64,000 nucleotides of DNA from Gracilinanus agilis (Eukaryota): the NCBI RefSeq assembly GCF_016433145.1, contig NC_058131.1:721577860-721641859 (forward strand). Direction: 5' to 3'. The notes beneath the pieces are model-generated. The model did no database searches and had not been told where the DNA came from. It worked only from the letters and a program-made list of their open reading frames with translations. Below, in pieces: positions 35,550-47,065 of this stretch (position 1 is its first letter; each line of letters starts with the position of its first letter). The position numbers and the translations under genes are program-made.

Positions 35550-35665
35550 GCGCCCAGGGGCCTCGGGACAACCTAGAGAGACCCGAGGGCCTTGGGAGAA
35601 CCTGGGGAGGACCTGGAGAGGCCCGGGGGCTTCGGGAAGACCTGGGGAGGCCCAGGGACCTAAGG
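35550..35665. repeat. Diverged minisatellite of about 29 bp (about 3.5 copies) in UROS intron 2
   Basis: Unit approximately aggcccRggggcYtcgggaagacctgggg. Confidence 0.55.
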
Positions 35666-35686
35666 AGGACTGTCCGGATCGCTCAC

Positions 35687-35749
35687 CTGAATGTAGGGAT
35701 CTTGGCCGGAGCCGTCATCCTTTGGCTCTTTCAGTAACAGAACCTTCAT
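35687..35749 (-). CDS. UROS: UROS first coding exon (63 nt CDS; exon begins at 35776 with 27 nt of 5'UTR)
   Basis: ccttag| acceptor, aaaccATG; MKVLLLKEPKDDGSGQDPYIQ|gtgagc. Confidence 0.96.
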
Positions 35750-35898
35750 GGTTTACTGGTCAGCCCCTTGGAATGACTAAGGAAAAAGGGAAATGGATCC
35801 TCTCGGGTCTGGGGCCTTTCCTCCTGGCCCGGCAGCTCGGTCTGGGCCGAGGAGGGAAGGTCTGCTCCTTCCCTGCCGTCAGAGGGCTTCTGGATCAC

Positions 35899-35929
35899 TG
35901 ATAAGACCAGGCAGGCTCCGTGTGATAAC
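35899..35929. promoter_or_regulatory. Candidate erythroid-specific UROS promoter with tandem GATA sites
   Basis: TGATAAG (35899-35905) and TGATAAC (35923-35929), 125-150 nt upstream of the first coding exon acceptor. Confidence 0.55.
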
Positions 35930-38462
35930 AAGGGAAGGGTGTGAGTTCAGAGTGCAGGGAGAGCCGGGGCCCTGGGAGTGAGCCCCGAGGGAAGGGGCTA
36001 GAGATCCCCCCCAGTTATGCAGAAGGGAGCCTCTTCACCCAAGCGCCCTGGGGTGGCCCAATCACCTGCCCAGGAAGGTCACCTGTCACGGGCGTCCTGC
36101 CCCCTCCCCTCCGGCCCTCGCTGTGGGGGTCGCCGGCGCCGAGCCTGCCCGTGCTCAGATGCCATTTCCAATGGGCAGAGCACAGGCCGGGCCGCTGCCT
36201 TCTGAGGGCCTGGAGCAGAACCTTCAGGCAATGCTGCGGCCTTGGTGGCCCTGGTGAAAGCGCCGCCCCGACCCAAAGGCTCCCTCCCTGGCCGCTAGGT
36301 TGCTTAGAAGCCAAAGTCCAAGTGTCCTCCTGGGCCTCTCGTGACTCTGATGTCCGAAGGCTGAGGGAGGCAGGGAGCGGCGCGGGCAGCAGGAGCAGAA
36401 CTCCATCCTGGGCTCCCTTCAGCCTCAAGCTCCAATCCATATGGAAGGGTCTGTTGGGGGGCAGCCAGGGATAGAGCCAGAAGGGCCTGGGTTCAAATCT
36501 GACACTTCCTGGCTGAGTGACCCTGGAAGAGTCCTTAACCCCCACTACCCAGCCCTGAAACCCATACCCAGCACTGATTTTAGACTGAAGGGAAGGGGTA
36601 AAACAAAGCAGAATTGTGTACTGGCACCAGACCGGTGCCTGGGGCTGCAGCTCTGGGCCTTTGGGGGCTCCCTGAAACTTCATCTTGTCTGTCTCTGCGC
36701 TCTTCTGCCCCCCCCCCCATCCCCAGAGGAAAGTCCCCGAGTCTAAAGGACGCGGCATGTCTCCAGGCGGGGGTTGGAGGTTGTGTTCTTCCATCCTGAC
36801 TCTGCCACTAACCCAGAAAAGCCCTGCTAGGCCACTTGAGCACCACTAGGGACTCAGTTTCCCCATGTGCTTAATGCAAAACGGAACAGTGGCCCATTGA
36901 CGGCCACACCGAAGACTTGCATCTGAAGGGTCGAGCACCAGGGGAACAACCCACGCATGGACAAGTAACCTGATTAATGGGGGTGGGGTGGGGGCAGGGA
37001 CCCCCCCCAAAGGACACAACAAGGGTTACGGGCTGGGGGAGGGATTCTTGCATACTTATTGCTCCCAGGAGGCACTTTGTTTTTGGCCTGAGGCTGCCAG
37101 GTGATAGAGGCAGCACCTGGAATCAGGAAAGCATGGGTTCGAGTCCTGCCTCCAACTCTGGTCTAACCAGATACCCTGAGGGAGCCCTTAAACTCCCAGC
37201 CTCTGTTTCCCCGTGTGATGAGGGAATCACAACGCATCTTCCTCCCAGGCCTGTGGCAAGGGACCAGGGAAGCAGCATGGCCAAAGCCCTGGTGAACTCC
37301 AAAGTTGATCTGACACCCTCTCCCTGGCCCCTCTCTTCCAGCCCTTCTCCCTGGCTCCCTCTCCCTCTGGCCCTTTCTCCTTGGCTTCTTTTCTCCTGGG
37401 CCCTGCCTCCTGCAAGTAAAAGATAAGAGAGATGGGCTAGCCAGGTGGCGAGGGGGGCCAGGGTGGGGATGAGAATGTGGGGACCTCTGTATCCCCTGAG
37501 TTGGGTCCAGTAAGTAGTAGGAGCTTAATAAATGCTTGTTCATATGTTTTCAGTGGCACAGACGTGCAGGCCAGGGGGCTAACCCTGGGAATGTGAAGAA
37601 TGTCCAAAGCCAGCCTTGGCTCTCAGGGAGCTTCTAGTCCAAGCGAACAACCATGGACAAAGGAGGCCTAGATAGGAAGGCTTCCTGGAGGAGGCAGGCT
37701 TCCTATAAAGTGGTAGAGATGAGGAGGAAAGTGTAGAGCTTGGAAGGATCTGGAGATGAAGGGTTTCGCGCCTGGAACAGCCAGGAGGCCGGTGTCACTG
37801 GATCGAAAAGCACCAGGCAGGGAGGGGGGAGAGTGGAAAGGCGACGGGGCCCTTTGCGTCTGCTCCGAGAGATTCCCGACAGATAAGTCTGCCAAAGGGA
37901 GGCCTCCCTGAGGACTGACCAGACCTGACCTAGTGGCATGAGTGTCGCACATTTAGAGGGACCTCCAAAAAGCCCTCAGCCCTCCGCTTTACAAATGGGG
38001 AAATTGAGCTCCAGAGAGAAGGGAAACCAAGTGGCCTAAGTGGGACGGAGCCCCGGTGCTCTGGCCATGACTCCAGTGTGTTTCCCCGCAGCCCATCTCC
38101 AGGCCCAGCTTTCTATCCACTGGCCACCCCCTGCCCTTGTTTCAATTAGATTTTAGTTGACCCTCTAAGGTTTCTCAAGTTAATTGTTATGTTATTGGAA
38201 AAAACTGACCTTTTCCCATTTGCCTGTGCTTATTCCACCAACGTATTTTTGTCGTTGGTGTTTATGGCATTATTCTGCTGAGTTGTGCCGGTGCTCAGGG
38301 ACAGCCTTGTTGGAAAGAGCTCTGGCTTAAGCACATCACAGATAAAAGTGGCTCCTGGTGTTAGTCAGATAACACGTGAGGTCTGGGAGAGCCACTTATT
38401 CTAGGCTTTCTAACATTTTTAACAGAAATGGGACTTGGATCTTGTTAAATTTTTTTTCTGCA

Positions 38463-38633
38463 GGGCAGCTGGGTAGCTCAGTGGATGGAGAGTCAGGCCT
38501 AGAGACTGGAGGTCCTGGGTTCAAATCCAGCCTCAGACACTTCCCAGCTGTGCAAGTCACTTGACCCCCATTGCCCACCCTTACCACTCTTCTGCCTTGG
38601 AGTCAATACACAGAAGTTAAGGGTTAAAAAAAA
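38463..38633 (+). mobile_element. SINE1_Mdo-type SINE
   Basis: gggcagctgggtagctcagtggatggagagtcaggcc...gaagttaagggttaaaaaaaa. Confidence 0.9.
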
Positions 38634-39254
38634 GTTTTTTTTTCTTCATCTGTTGATGAAATCATGTGATTTTTGTATGTACTAATATAGTCGCTTATGC
38701 CGACTGTTTCTCTAATATTGACCTCGCCCTACATTCCTGGCATAAATCTAAACTGGTCAGAGTGCGCTTTGTGATATGTTCCTGTAGTCTTGCAAATAAT
38801 TTGTTGAAAATGTTTTTGTTTTTTTATTAGAGATATTGGCCTACAGTTTTTGTTCTCTAACTGTTTCAACTCTCGTGTCAAGACCACATTTGTATCATAG
38901 ATAGAATTTGTAGGACTTTTTTCCAATTTTTTTCAGAGATCATGTAATATTGGAATTGTTTTTTGAACATTTGACAGAATTTGCCTGCAAATCCATCTGA
39001 TCTTGGGTAGGTGTTTTATCCTTGGGAGTCCATTGTGGCTTGTTCAATTTCTTTTTCTGAGGCTGAAGTCCACTATTTCTTGTTCTCTTAATATAGGAAC
39101 TTGGTGTTTTTTCAAAACATTCATTTCACTTAGATAGGTTTATTGACGTAAAATTGAGCAAAAGTTCCTATTAATTCTTAAATGGTTGTGAACTTCTTTC
39201 TCTTTTTTTGATGCTGATGATTTGATATTTTTCTTTTTTAAGAAAATCAATTTT

Positions 39255-39460
39255 GGGGGCAGCTGGGTAGCTCAGTGGACTGAGAGCCAGGCGTAGAGAC
39301 AGGAGGTCCTAGGTTCAAATCCGGCCTCAGACACTTCCCAGCTGGGTGACCCTGGGCAAGTCACTTGACCCCCATTGCCCACCCTTACCACTTTTCTGCC
39401 TTGGAGCCAATACATATTATTAACTCTAAGACGGAAGGTAAGGGTTTAAAAAAAAAAAAA
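39255..39460 (+). mobile_element. SINE1_Mdo-type SINE, young
   Basis: Perfect 15-bp TSD aagaaaatcaatttt (39240-39254 / 39461-39475). Confidence 0.92.
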
Positions 39461-40200
39461 AAGAAAATCAATTTTATTATGTATCTGTTTTTAAAAAACT
39501 CCTTTTACTAATTCTACTTTTTTGCTTTCAATTTTGTTAATTTCTTTTTTTTAATTTTGGTTTTAATTAGAAGTCTTTAATTCATTGATTGGCTCTCTTT
39601 TTTACTACTCAGTGTTTAAAAGATAAAAAATTTCCTCTAAGGATGACTTTGGCTACATTCTGAAAATTCTGCTATGCTGTCCCATTGTCATAATTTTCTT
39701 CAATAAAACAATTGGTTTCTATTTGTTCTTTGAAGCACCAAATCTTTAGGATTAACTTAGTCTCCATTTAATTTTGAATTGTTTCTTCAGTGGAGATTTG
39801 TTGAATATAATTGTCACTGTTTTGTGATCTATAAAAGGTGCATCTACTATTTCTGATTTTCTGCATGTTTATGAGGTTTTAATGCTCTATTACAGTCAGT
39901 TTTTGTAAAGATGACACTTGCAGATGATAAATATGTATAATCCTTTCTATTTCCTTTTGATAATCTCTAGAGGTCTATCATACCTAATTCTTCTAAAATC
40001 CTATTCTAGTCCTCCACTTCTATTTTTGCTTATTTTAGTTAAATTTAAATATGTCAAAGGGAGTAAACACAGCCCCCTTACTATTATAGTTTTATTTTTT
40101 TATAACTTGTTTAACTTTTTCTGCAAGAATTTAGCTGTTATTTGGGTGTATGTATGGAGACACATATATATTCCCTGTTTTTCTTTTTACAAGTCTATTT

Positions 40201-40393
40201 TTTTTTTTTAATTTTTAAACCCTTGTACTTCAGTGTATTGTCTCATAGGTGGAAGAGTGGTAAGGGTAGGCAATGGGGGTCAAGTGACTTGTCCAGGGTC
40301 ACACAGCTGGGAAGTGGCTGAGGCCAGATTTGAACCTAGGACCTCCTGTCTCTAGGCCTGACTCTCACTCCACTGAGCTACCCAGCTGCCCCC
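40201..40393 (-). mobile_element. SINE1_Mdo-type SINE, young
   Basis: TSD ttttacaagtctattt on both sides. Confidence 0.92.
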
Positions 40394-42060
40394 TTTTACA
40401 AGTCTATTTTGCCATTGTTTTGTGTGAAATCATGATTGTCACTCTTCCTTTCCTTCAGCTGAAGCATAATAATCTTCTCCAGCCCTTTACTTTAATACCT
40501 TTTTTTGTTTCAAGCGTGTCTCAGAAACATTGCTGGGTTCTGCTTCCAAATCCATTCCATCACCTTCCACTTTGTGGGTGAATCCATTCCAGTCACACAA
40601 AGGAGTGATTGCTTAGTTTCCTCTTTCCCATTTTCCTGTAGCTCCCCTTCACTTTTCCCCCTTCTTTTTGTAAAGAAGAGGGTGGAGAGTGAGCTCCGCA
40701 TTCAGGACTCCAAACAGTCTGGACTCTGCTTCAGCTCCATGGCTCCTTTTTTCTTTCTTTCACCCACATCCCCAAACTAGTTCTTAGCATTTTTAATAGC
40801 ATCTCTCAGGATCCTGTTCTTCCAGCCTATGTTGCCTAACACTCAGCCCTTCCTTAACTAGCCTTCGGGGTGGCCTCTTTTCCCTGCTCCTCTTCCCCAT
40901 AGCCACGGGAATCAGGAGAGGTCCTGGAGGGCAAAGGGACTGAGCTGAGATCTGGAGGTTTCTGCATGCGCCTTCCCTCCTGCACCCAAGGGAAACATAA
41001 ACCTTTGGTCCTCTACTGATGGTCGTCATTCTCGGGCTGATGCCTCCCCAAGGCCATGGCCTCTGCCAGCTCAGGCTCCTGGGGGAGCCAGTTCTTCTGC
41101 TGCTGGTGCCATTCACAGCCCTTGAGCGATCATTTAATAAGTTCTGGCTGACCTGAATCCTGGACCGCTGAGGAAGATGGGAAGGGGGGAGGGGAGGTCT
41201 GTGCCAAGACCAAGCAAAGGAGCAGTGAAAAGGCTGCAGAGGCTAGAAGGCATGTTCATGCCAGCTGGTATTTCTCCTGCACTCTCAGCAGCCCAGGGAA
41301 GTCAGTGCTATGACTGCCCCATTTCACAGAGGAGGAAACCGAGGCAGGAAGGGCTTCCTCACACTTGGGCCTCCCAGGCTCCGGGCCCAAGGGCTCTGAA
41401 GGTTCTTGCCATCATGCAGGTGTGAGGTGTCAGAGTGGTGGCTGGGAGGAGGACCCTTGCCTGGACTGTGTGCTGAGGGGGATGTAGTGCCCCAGAGAAG
41501 CCCTGGGTTCGAACTCTGCCCTAGAGGCTGACTGGCCACGTGACCCTGCGCCCAAGGGGATCCGGGCACCTACCTCCTGGGGGTCCACAGCTCACTGAGG
41601 CAGATGGCACAGGCCTTCCCAGGCTTCATGGGCACCTGTGAATGGGACGGACTGGCGTTACTCTGGGGCCGGTTTGGCAGGAGGGCTCAGTGCAGTAACC
41701 TCTGACCCTGCAGCCCTGGGGATGCCTCACAGGCTTTGGATTCCGTAGACCAGGCTGACCCCCGTCCTGGCCTTGGGTGACGTGCCCCGGATCACCGGGC
41801 CACCTGCCCTGGGCCTCGATTGGGGGCGCTTGGACCACGCACTTGAGACGCGGTCCTGGGCGTACTGGAGTGATCCTGAACAGCCCAGGGAGACGAGGGC
41901 ACTGACCCGGAACCATGACGTCAGGCCACAGGACCTCGGAGCTTTCCCAACAGTAACCCCAAGCAGAAAGTTTCACTGGGGGCGGGAGGACATCCAGGAA
42001 CATGCGCACACTTGGCCGCGCAGGCGCACAACGGGCCACACCCCCCTCCAGGACTCTTAC

Positions 42061-42200
42061 GAATTCCCTGATGGAATGAACCACCGCGGGGACGCGGGGG
42101 GAGTCGGAGTCGGGAGCTGCTGGTGTAGCTCAGCCTGGCGGAGATGATGCCCAAGGAACCAGAGCGGGCTCCGAGGATGGTCCCGCCCAAGCTTGGGGGC
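42061..42200 (-). other. UROS: Putative non-coding housekeeping exon 1 of UROS (5' end uncertain)
   Basis: Minus-strand donor GGGAATTC|gtaaga at 42061/42060 within the CpG island; no ATG in the segment. Confidence 0.5.
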
Positions 42201-42327
42201 TTCGCTGCGTCCCAAACCCCGCCCGCGGTCTCCCCCACGTCCAGCCCCCTCTCTCGCTCATATTCATGAGCCAGCCCGGAAGCACCTAACCCGGAAGCGG
42301 TTGCACAGGGAGGGGAAGCAGGGCAGC

Positions 42328-42501
42328 ATGGCGTCCCAGGCTAAGAGGCGCGCGTTGGGCAGCCGGCACCCACGGCCGCTTGTAGCCCAGGATAAGGAGG
42401 AGGAAGAGGAGCGGGAGGAGGCGACGGAGGAGGACACAGACGAGAGCGGTGGTAGCGATGAAGAGGACGAAGACGACGAAGAGGACGAGCTCGTCAATCA
42501 G
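42328..42501 (+). CDS. BCCIP: BCCIP exon 1 (174 nt): acidic N-terminus
   Basis: agcATGg; MASQAKRRALG...DEEDEDDEEDELVNQ|gtgggg. Confidence 0.93.
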
Positions 42502-42808
42502 GTGGGGACAAGGAGGGCAGGGGAGACTGAGGCCAGGCCGGGGCGTGTGTTCCTGGTTTCTGCGGGGTCTTCTCTGTGCGTGGACTCTTACTCCCCCAGC
42601 CGCGTGTCCGTCTTTGGGGCGTGTGCCTCGCAGCTGGGAGGGGGCCGAGCCCGGCTAACGTGGCCTGTGCGGGGCGGTAGCGCCCGGACTCCGCCTCCAG
42701 GACCCGCCCATCCTTTCTCTGACCGTGGTGGAAGGAGGGGCCGGAGCCCGGGAGCTCTCCGGGTCAGCTCAGCTTAGGTGGTGACCGGATTTCTGTCTGT
42801 CCCCCCAG

Positions 42809-42883
42809 GAGGTGACTGTGGACTTCGAGGCCCGCTCTATCTCCGAGGCCGACTGTGATGGGATCCAGAAGCTGCTGAGGCAG
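42809..42883 (+). CDS. BCCIP: BCCIP exon 2 (75 nt)
   Basis: cccag|GAG...CAG|gtcaga; EVTVDFEARSISEADCDGIQKLLRQ. Confidence 0.94.
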
Positions 42884-42965
42884 GTCAGAGGCGGGGCTGG
42901 ACTTGGGGTCGGTGATGAGCTTTGAGCTGGGCTGGAGCCCTCCGTGAATCTCTTTGTCCCTGCAG

Positions 42966-43046
42966 CTGTTCCTGAAGGCCCCCGTGAACGTGGTGGAGCT
43001 GGCGGCGATCCTGGCCCAGCAGAGCCCCATCGGGAGCGTCATCCAG
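42966..43046 (+). CDS. BCCIP: BCCIP exon 3 (81 nt)
   Basis: tgcag|CTG...CAG|gtgagg; LFLKAPVNVVELAAILAQQSPIGSVIQ. Confidence 0.95.
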
Positions 43047-43139
43047 GTGAGGGGTGCAGCCCTGCGGTTATCCTCAGCCCCCAAGAGAAGCAGAGAGGTG
43101 TCTTACGGGGGTCAGGGACAGAGGGGTTACCTTTGGGGG

Positions 43140-43735
43140 GGCCCTGGGACAGCAAGGCTGGAGATCAGAGTGCCCCAGGAGGTGGTGGCCCTCTAGTTGG
43201 GTGTCAGGACTCAGGTTCCAAGAATGTAGAGCACAGCCAGGGGATGCTGCCAGAGAAAAGGAGCTCTAGAGGGGGCAGCTGGGTAGCTCATTGGATTGAG
43301 AGACAGGCCTGGAGATGGGAGGTCCTAGGTTCAAATCTGACCTCAGACACTTCCCAGCTGGGTGACCCTGGGCAAGTCACTTGGCCCCCATTGCCCACCC
43401 TTACCACTCTTCTGTTTTGGAGCCAATACACAGAAGTTAAGGGTTTAAAAAAAAAAAAAAGGAGCTCTAGGTCAGCAGGCCTGGAGCCCAGAGCACCCTC
43501 TTGAGGAGGTGGTGGCACCGGGCAGAGTGCCGGTCTTGGTGTCAGGATTCTGATTCTAAGATTGAGGGCATAGCTAGGGGATGTGGGCAGAGAAAAGGAA
43601 CCCTGGGACAGGAGGGCTGGAACCCAGAACACCCTTGGAGGAGGTGGCTTCAATGGTAGCACCCTGCTGTGTTAGGTCTCAGATTTTAGGAATGAGGGCA
43701 CAGCTGGGGGATGTGGGCAGGGTGAAGGAGCCTAG
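43140..43735. repeat. Diverged tandem repeat (three units of about 120-140 bp) interrupted by a SINE
   Basis: Recurring ctgggacag..ggctgga..ccaga...ggaggtgg...gtgtcagg...gggcacagc..ggggatgtgggcagagaaaagga. Confidence 0.65.
43270..43456 (+). mobile_element. SINE1_Mdo-type SINE, young
   Basis: Perfect 14-bp TSD aaaaggagctctag (43256-43269 / 43457-43470). Confidence 0.93.
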
Positions 43736-45407
43736 GTCCTTGGCATTCGTTCATGGACTTTCTTCTTGTATATAAAGGGGACCCAGGTAAGACTATGGAG
43801 ATGGCCCTAAAGCACCTTCTGGCAGACAGAGCCTCCAGCATTTCTCTGCACTAGGAAGGAGCCATGACCTGCCCAAGTGCTCTCCATGCTCAGATGTTCC
43901 CTTGATCTCAACTGACTCTGGCCTGTGTTCCCAGAAGCCAAAACTTTCCAAGACTGGGAAAGGTGCTGGTTCCTAGCAGCTCATCCTCCCTCAGGCCCAG
44001 ATTCTTCAACCTTTTTATTCCAGATGATTATTTTCTAATTTCCTCTATAGAACTTCCCTTAGAGAAAATCCTGGAGCCACAACTCTCACCTTCCTCCCTC
44101 CACATCTCTCTATTTCTTTGCTTTCAAGGCCAGCAGCTTCATCTGGATATGGATGACTTTTCACCTAGCCAGAGCCTGGCCTCTGTATCATGGTTGTGCT
44201 GGGCAGCAGGGGATTGTCCTGGAAATTACCTGGGCTGTGGGAGGTGTACAGGCCCCACCAAAGTAGGGTCAGCCTTGTTTGCTTCTCCTTTCCATCTTTC
44301 CCCATCATGTTACCAGAAGGAGAATCTGTTCAAGAGAGAAGCTCGCCAGAATGAGAACTTTAGTATTTGTGTGTCATTCAGTTACAAGTGGATTGGCGAG
44401 AGAATGTCAGACCCTGATAGGTCGTGGCTTGTCTGATGCCTAGAAAGAGGTAGCAATATGATTATTTATCACTTTACTGAAAGATTGATTTCTGTTGGAA
44501 CATGGGAAACCTCCAAGCTCTTGGCTCTGGAGGCTGTCTAGTCTGGAGGTGCATAAATTGCAATGGCTGGGTTAATGTCTGAAAAGTAATTGTTCCTTTC
44601 ATTTCATCTAACAAGAAGTAAACGAGCAGGTCAGAGATTAAGTGGAGTGAGCCAGTTTTCATGCCAATTAAAATTAACCTGTTTTCTGCCTAATAACTTC
44701 TTAGAAATGGAGGAGTCAAACTTGGACTCAAGGAGCCCTGGGAGTGGGTGATGCTCATCAGGTTGTTGAACCATTCTGACTTCAGTATCCAGAGCTGGGC
44801 ACCTTTAAGCTCCGAAATGACACAATTCTAAAAGCCCGAAGGGAATTTCTGAGTGGTTTCTACAGTAGGACCTTGTTTCATAGAACTCAACACACTCAAA
44901 ATCAGGTCTATGCAGTTAGCAGTCGAAAAGAACAAAGACAGAAAAGTGTAAAATAAAGCTTTTTTAATTACACGCTATTCCCAAGGCGTGAGTTTGCCGA
45001 ATCATACTCATTCTTACCTGGAGAAGCCTTAATGTGACGGGTTTGTTTTGTACCAAACATTAGGTCCAGTCTGACTTCTTCCTTGTAACAAGCCATGCCT
45101 GTGTCAGAGCAGTGCTTTTTGTTGTTTTGTTATTACTCTTTAGCTATTCATAATGCCCCCAAAGTACAAGAAGGGTGATGCTGGGAGCTCTTATGTGCCT
45201 AGGAATGTTCATATGAGAGATACACATTCAAGAATGGGGTTCACTATTGGGCATGATTTTCAATTTAGGCAGAAGGTCTTGTGAAGTATTGGCCACATAA
45301 AGTCTTTCTGTGAATGCCAAGCCTCCTCGGTAGTCACCTTGACTGCCTCCTGCTTGTGTGCTCGTTCTTCTGAACCCAAATCTAAGAACTCTCTTGTTTT
45401 AAAATAG

Positions 45408-45497
45408 CAAACGGATGTTCCAGAAGAAAGTGATGACGAGGATGGTGAAGAAGAGATTTTTGGTTTCATAAGCCTTTTGAACTTAACCGAAAGAAAG
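45408..45497 (+). CDS. BCCIP: BCCIP exon 4 (90 nt)
   Basis: aatag|CAA...AAG|gtcagc; QTDVPEESDDEDGEEEIFGFISLLNLTERK. Confidence 0.96.
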
Positions 45498-45849
45498 GTC
45501 AGCTATACGGTATCGTGTCTGAATGGTTATTCATAAGCATGAGGCCATTTACATTAAACCCCTTTTGAAGTGCCTTTTCTGTTGGGCGTCTCACCAGTTC
45601 TAGTGGTGTCTGCTTTTGTAATTCCTTCTTAAAAAAACACTTTTTCACTAAGAAAGTTCTCAATTGCCTGGATTTTTGTGGGAGGTGGGGATGAGGAAAG
45701 AGAGATGCCTCTTCACAGGTTGGCTTCTCTCATAGTGCATGCTGCCTTGTTTGGATTGAATTTCTGCTTGCCAGCCCTGGATTGAGGGCCGCTTCTGGTG
45801 CAGGCTGAATGCTAATATTTGTTAGTCAGGGTCCAAATTTCATCTTGTG

Positions 45850-46110
45850 TTTTTCAGGCAGTTAGTAGACATTTAGTAATCATTGGGGAGATATAGAAAG
45901 AGGCCAAAGACAGGCCTGTCCTCAGGGTGCTTACAGTCTAATGGGGGAGATTCCGTGTGAGCAGATGCCTACAAAGCAACCCAGAGACAGGATAAATAGG
46001 AGGTATTTGGCAAAGAAGATGGGATTTTTGTTGGGACTTAAAGGAAACCAGGAAAGGTACTGGGTGAAGATGAGGAGGGAGTTCTAGGAATGGGTGATAG
46101 CCAGAGAGAA
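45850..46110 (-). mobile_element. L2 3' fragment
   Basis: agacatttagtaatcatt...cctgtcctcagggtgcttacagtctaatggggaga. Confidence 0.65.
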
Positions 46111-46448
46111 TGTGTCTTTTATTTCGTATTCTTCCCTTTGCTGGAGCTGTTGCTAATGACCTTTCTCGCTTCCGTGTGAGATGGGGGCTGTTCCTGACTT
46201 TAAGGCAGGCTGAAATTATAATTTCAAAACCTGTTTCACTGGCCACATGGTTGGTAAATAACTGGCAGCCGTTACCTTGAGAAGTCGGTAAATAATCTCC
46301 AGAGGAGCCTTAGAGAAGGCCCCTTAAAGACCATAGCAGGAAATTGGCCCCAAATGCATAGAAATACTGACTTAGAACTGACTTTCAAGTTTTCTCATGT
46401 AAATGGTGGGTCTCTTAACATAGAGAAAACCTTCTTTTCGGTTTCCAG

Positions 46449-46636
46449 GGTACTGAATGTGCTGAACAAATTAAAGAATTGATTCTGAGCCTGTGTGAGA
46501 AGAACTGTGAGCAGAGTATGGTTGAACAGCTGGAGAAACTCCTGAATGATCCCGCTAAGCCTGTGGGCTTTCTGCTAAGTGAAAGATTCATTAATGTCCC
46601 GCCACAGGTCGCTCTGCCCATGCACCAGCAGCTTCA
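46449..46636 (+). CDS. BCCIP: BCCIP exon 5 (188 nt)
   Basis: ttccag|GGT...CTT CA|gtaaga; GTECAEQIKELILSLCEKNCEQSMVEQLEKLLNDPAKPVGFLLSERFINVPPQVALPMHQQL. Confidence 0.96.
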
Positions 46637-46869
46637 GTAAGAGACTTTCAAAAAACGCCTTCTTACCACAGTTATTTTTTACCCAAATAGTCTTAGAAAT
46701 GTGAATGTGTTGATGCAGAGAGAGGGAGAGAGACAAGGCTGCTGGAGACTTGAATAACAGCTTGGTGTAATGGTAGTGGTGGGACTGTCGTCTTCTGGCA
46801 GGGATGCTGCCTTCAAGTTGGTCTTTACTGGGAGAATTTTAGTTGTAGTCAATTAATTCACTGCTTTTA

Positions 46870-47065
46870 TCATTTAAAACAAAATCCTGACCTTCCATCT
46901 TAGAATCAGTCCTGTGTATTGGTTCGAAGGCAGAAGAGTGGTAAGGGCTAGGCAATGGGGGTCAAGTGACTTGCCCAGGGTCACACAGCTAGGAAGCCTC
47001 TGAGACCAGATGTGAACTTCCATCTCTAGGCCTGGCTCTCAATTCACGGAGCCACCATACTACTC
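46870..47065 (-). mobile_element. Marsupial CORE-SINE, long-tail variant
   Basis: gtgtattggttcgaaggcagaagagtggtaagggctaggcaatggggtcaagtgacttgcccagggtcacacagc. Confidence 0.85.

Larger units (their letters stand above)
38640..40640 (-). mobile_element. Old AT-rich L1 ORF2 fragment(s) in UROS intron 1
   Basis: Reverse frames give L1-like peptides (NCRPISL, SDQFRFMPGM, CFKKDWK-like PTKWKVMEWIWKQNPAMFLRHA). Confidence 0.75.
41900..43100. promoter_or_regulatory. CpG island and UROS-BCCIP bidirectional promoter
   Basis: CpG-dense; GC boxes at 42181-42188 and 42217-42224; tandem ETS motifs CCGGAAG at 42276-42282 and 42291-42297; no TATA. Confidence 0.8.
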
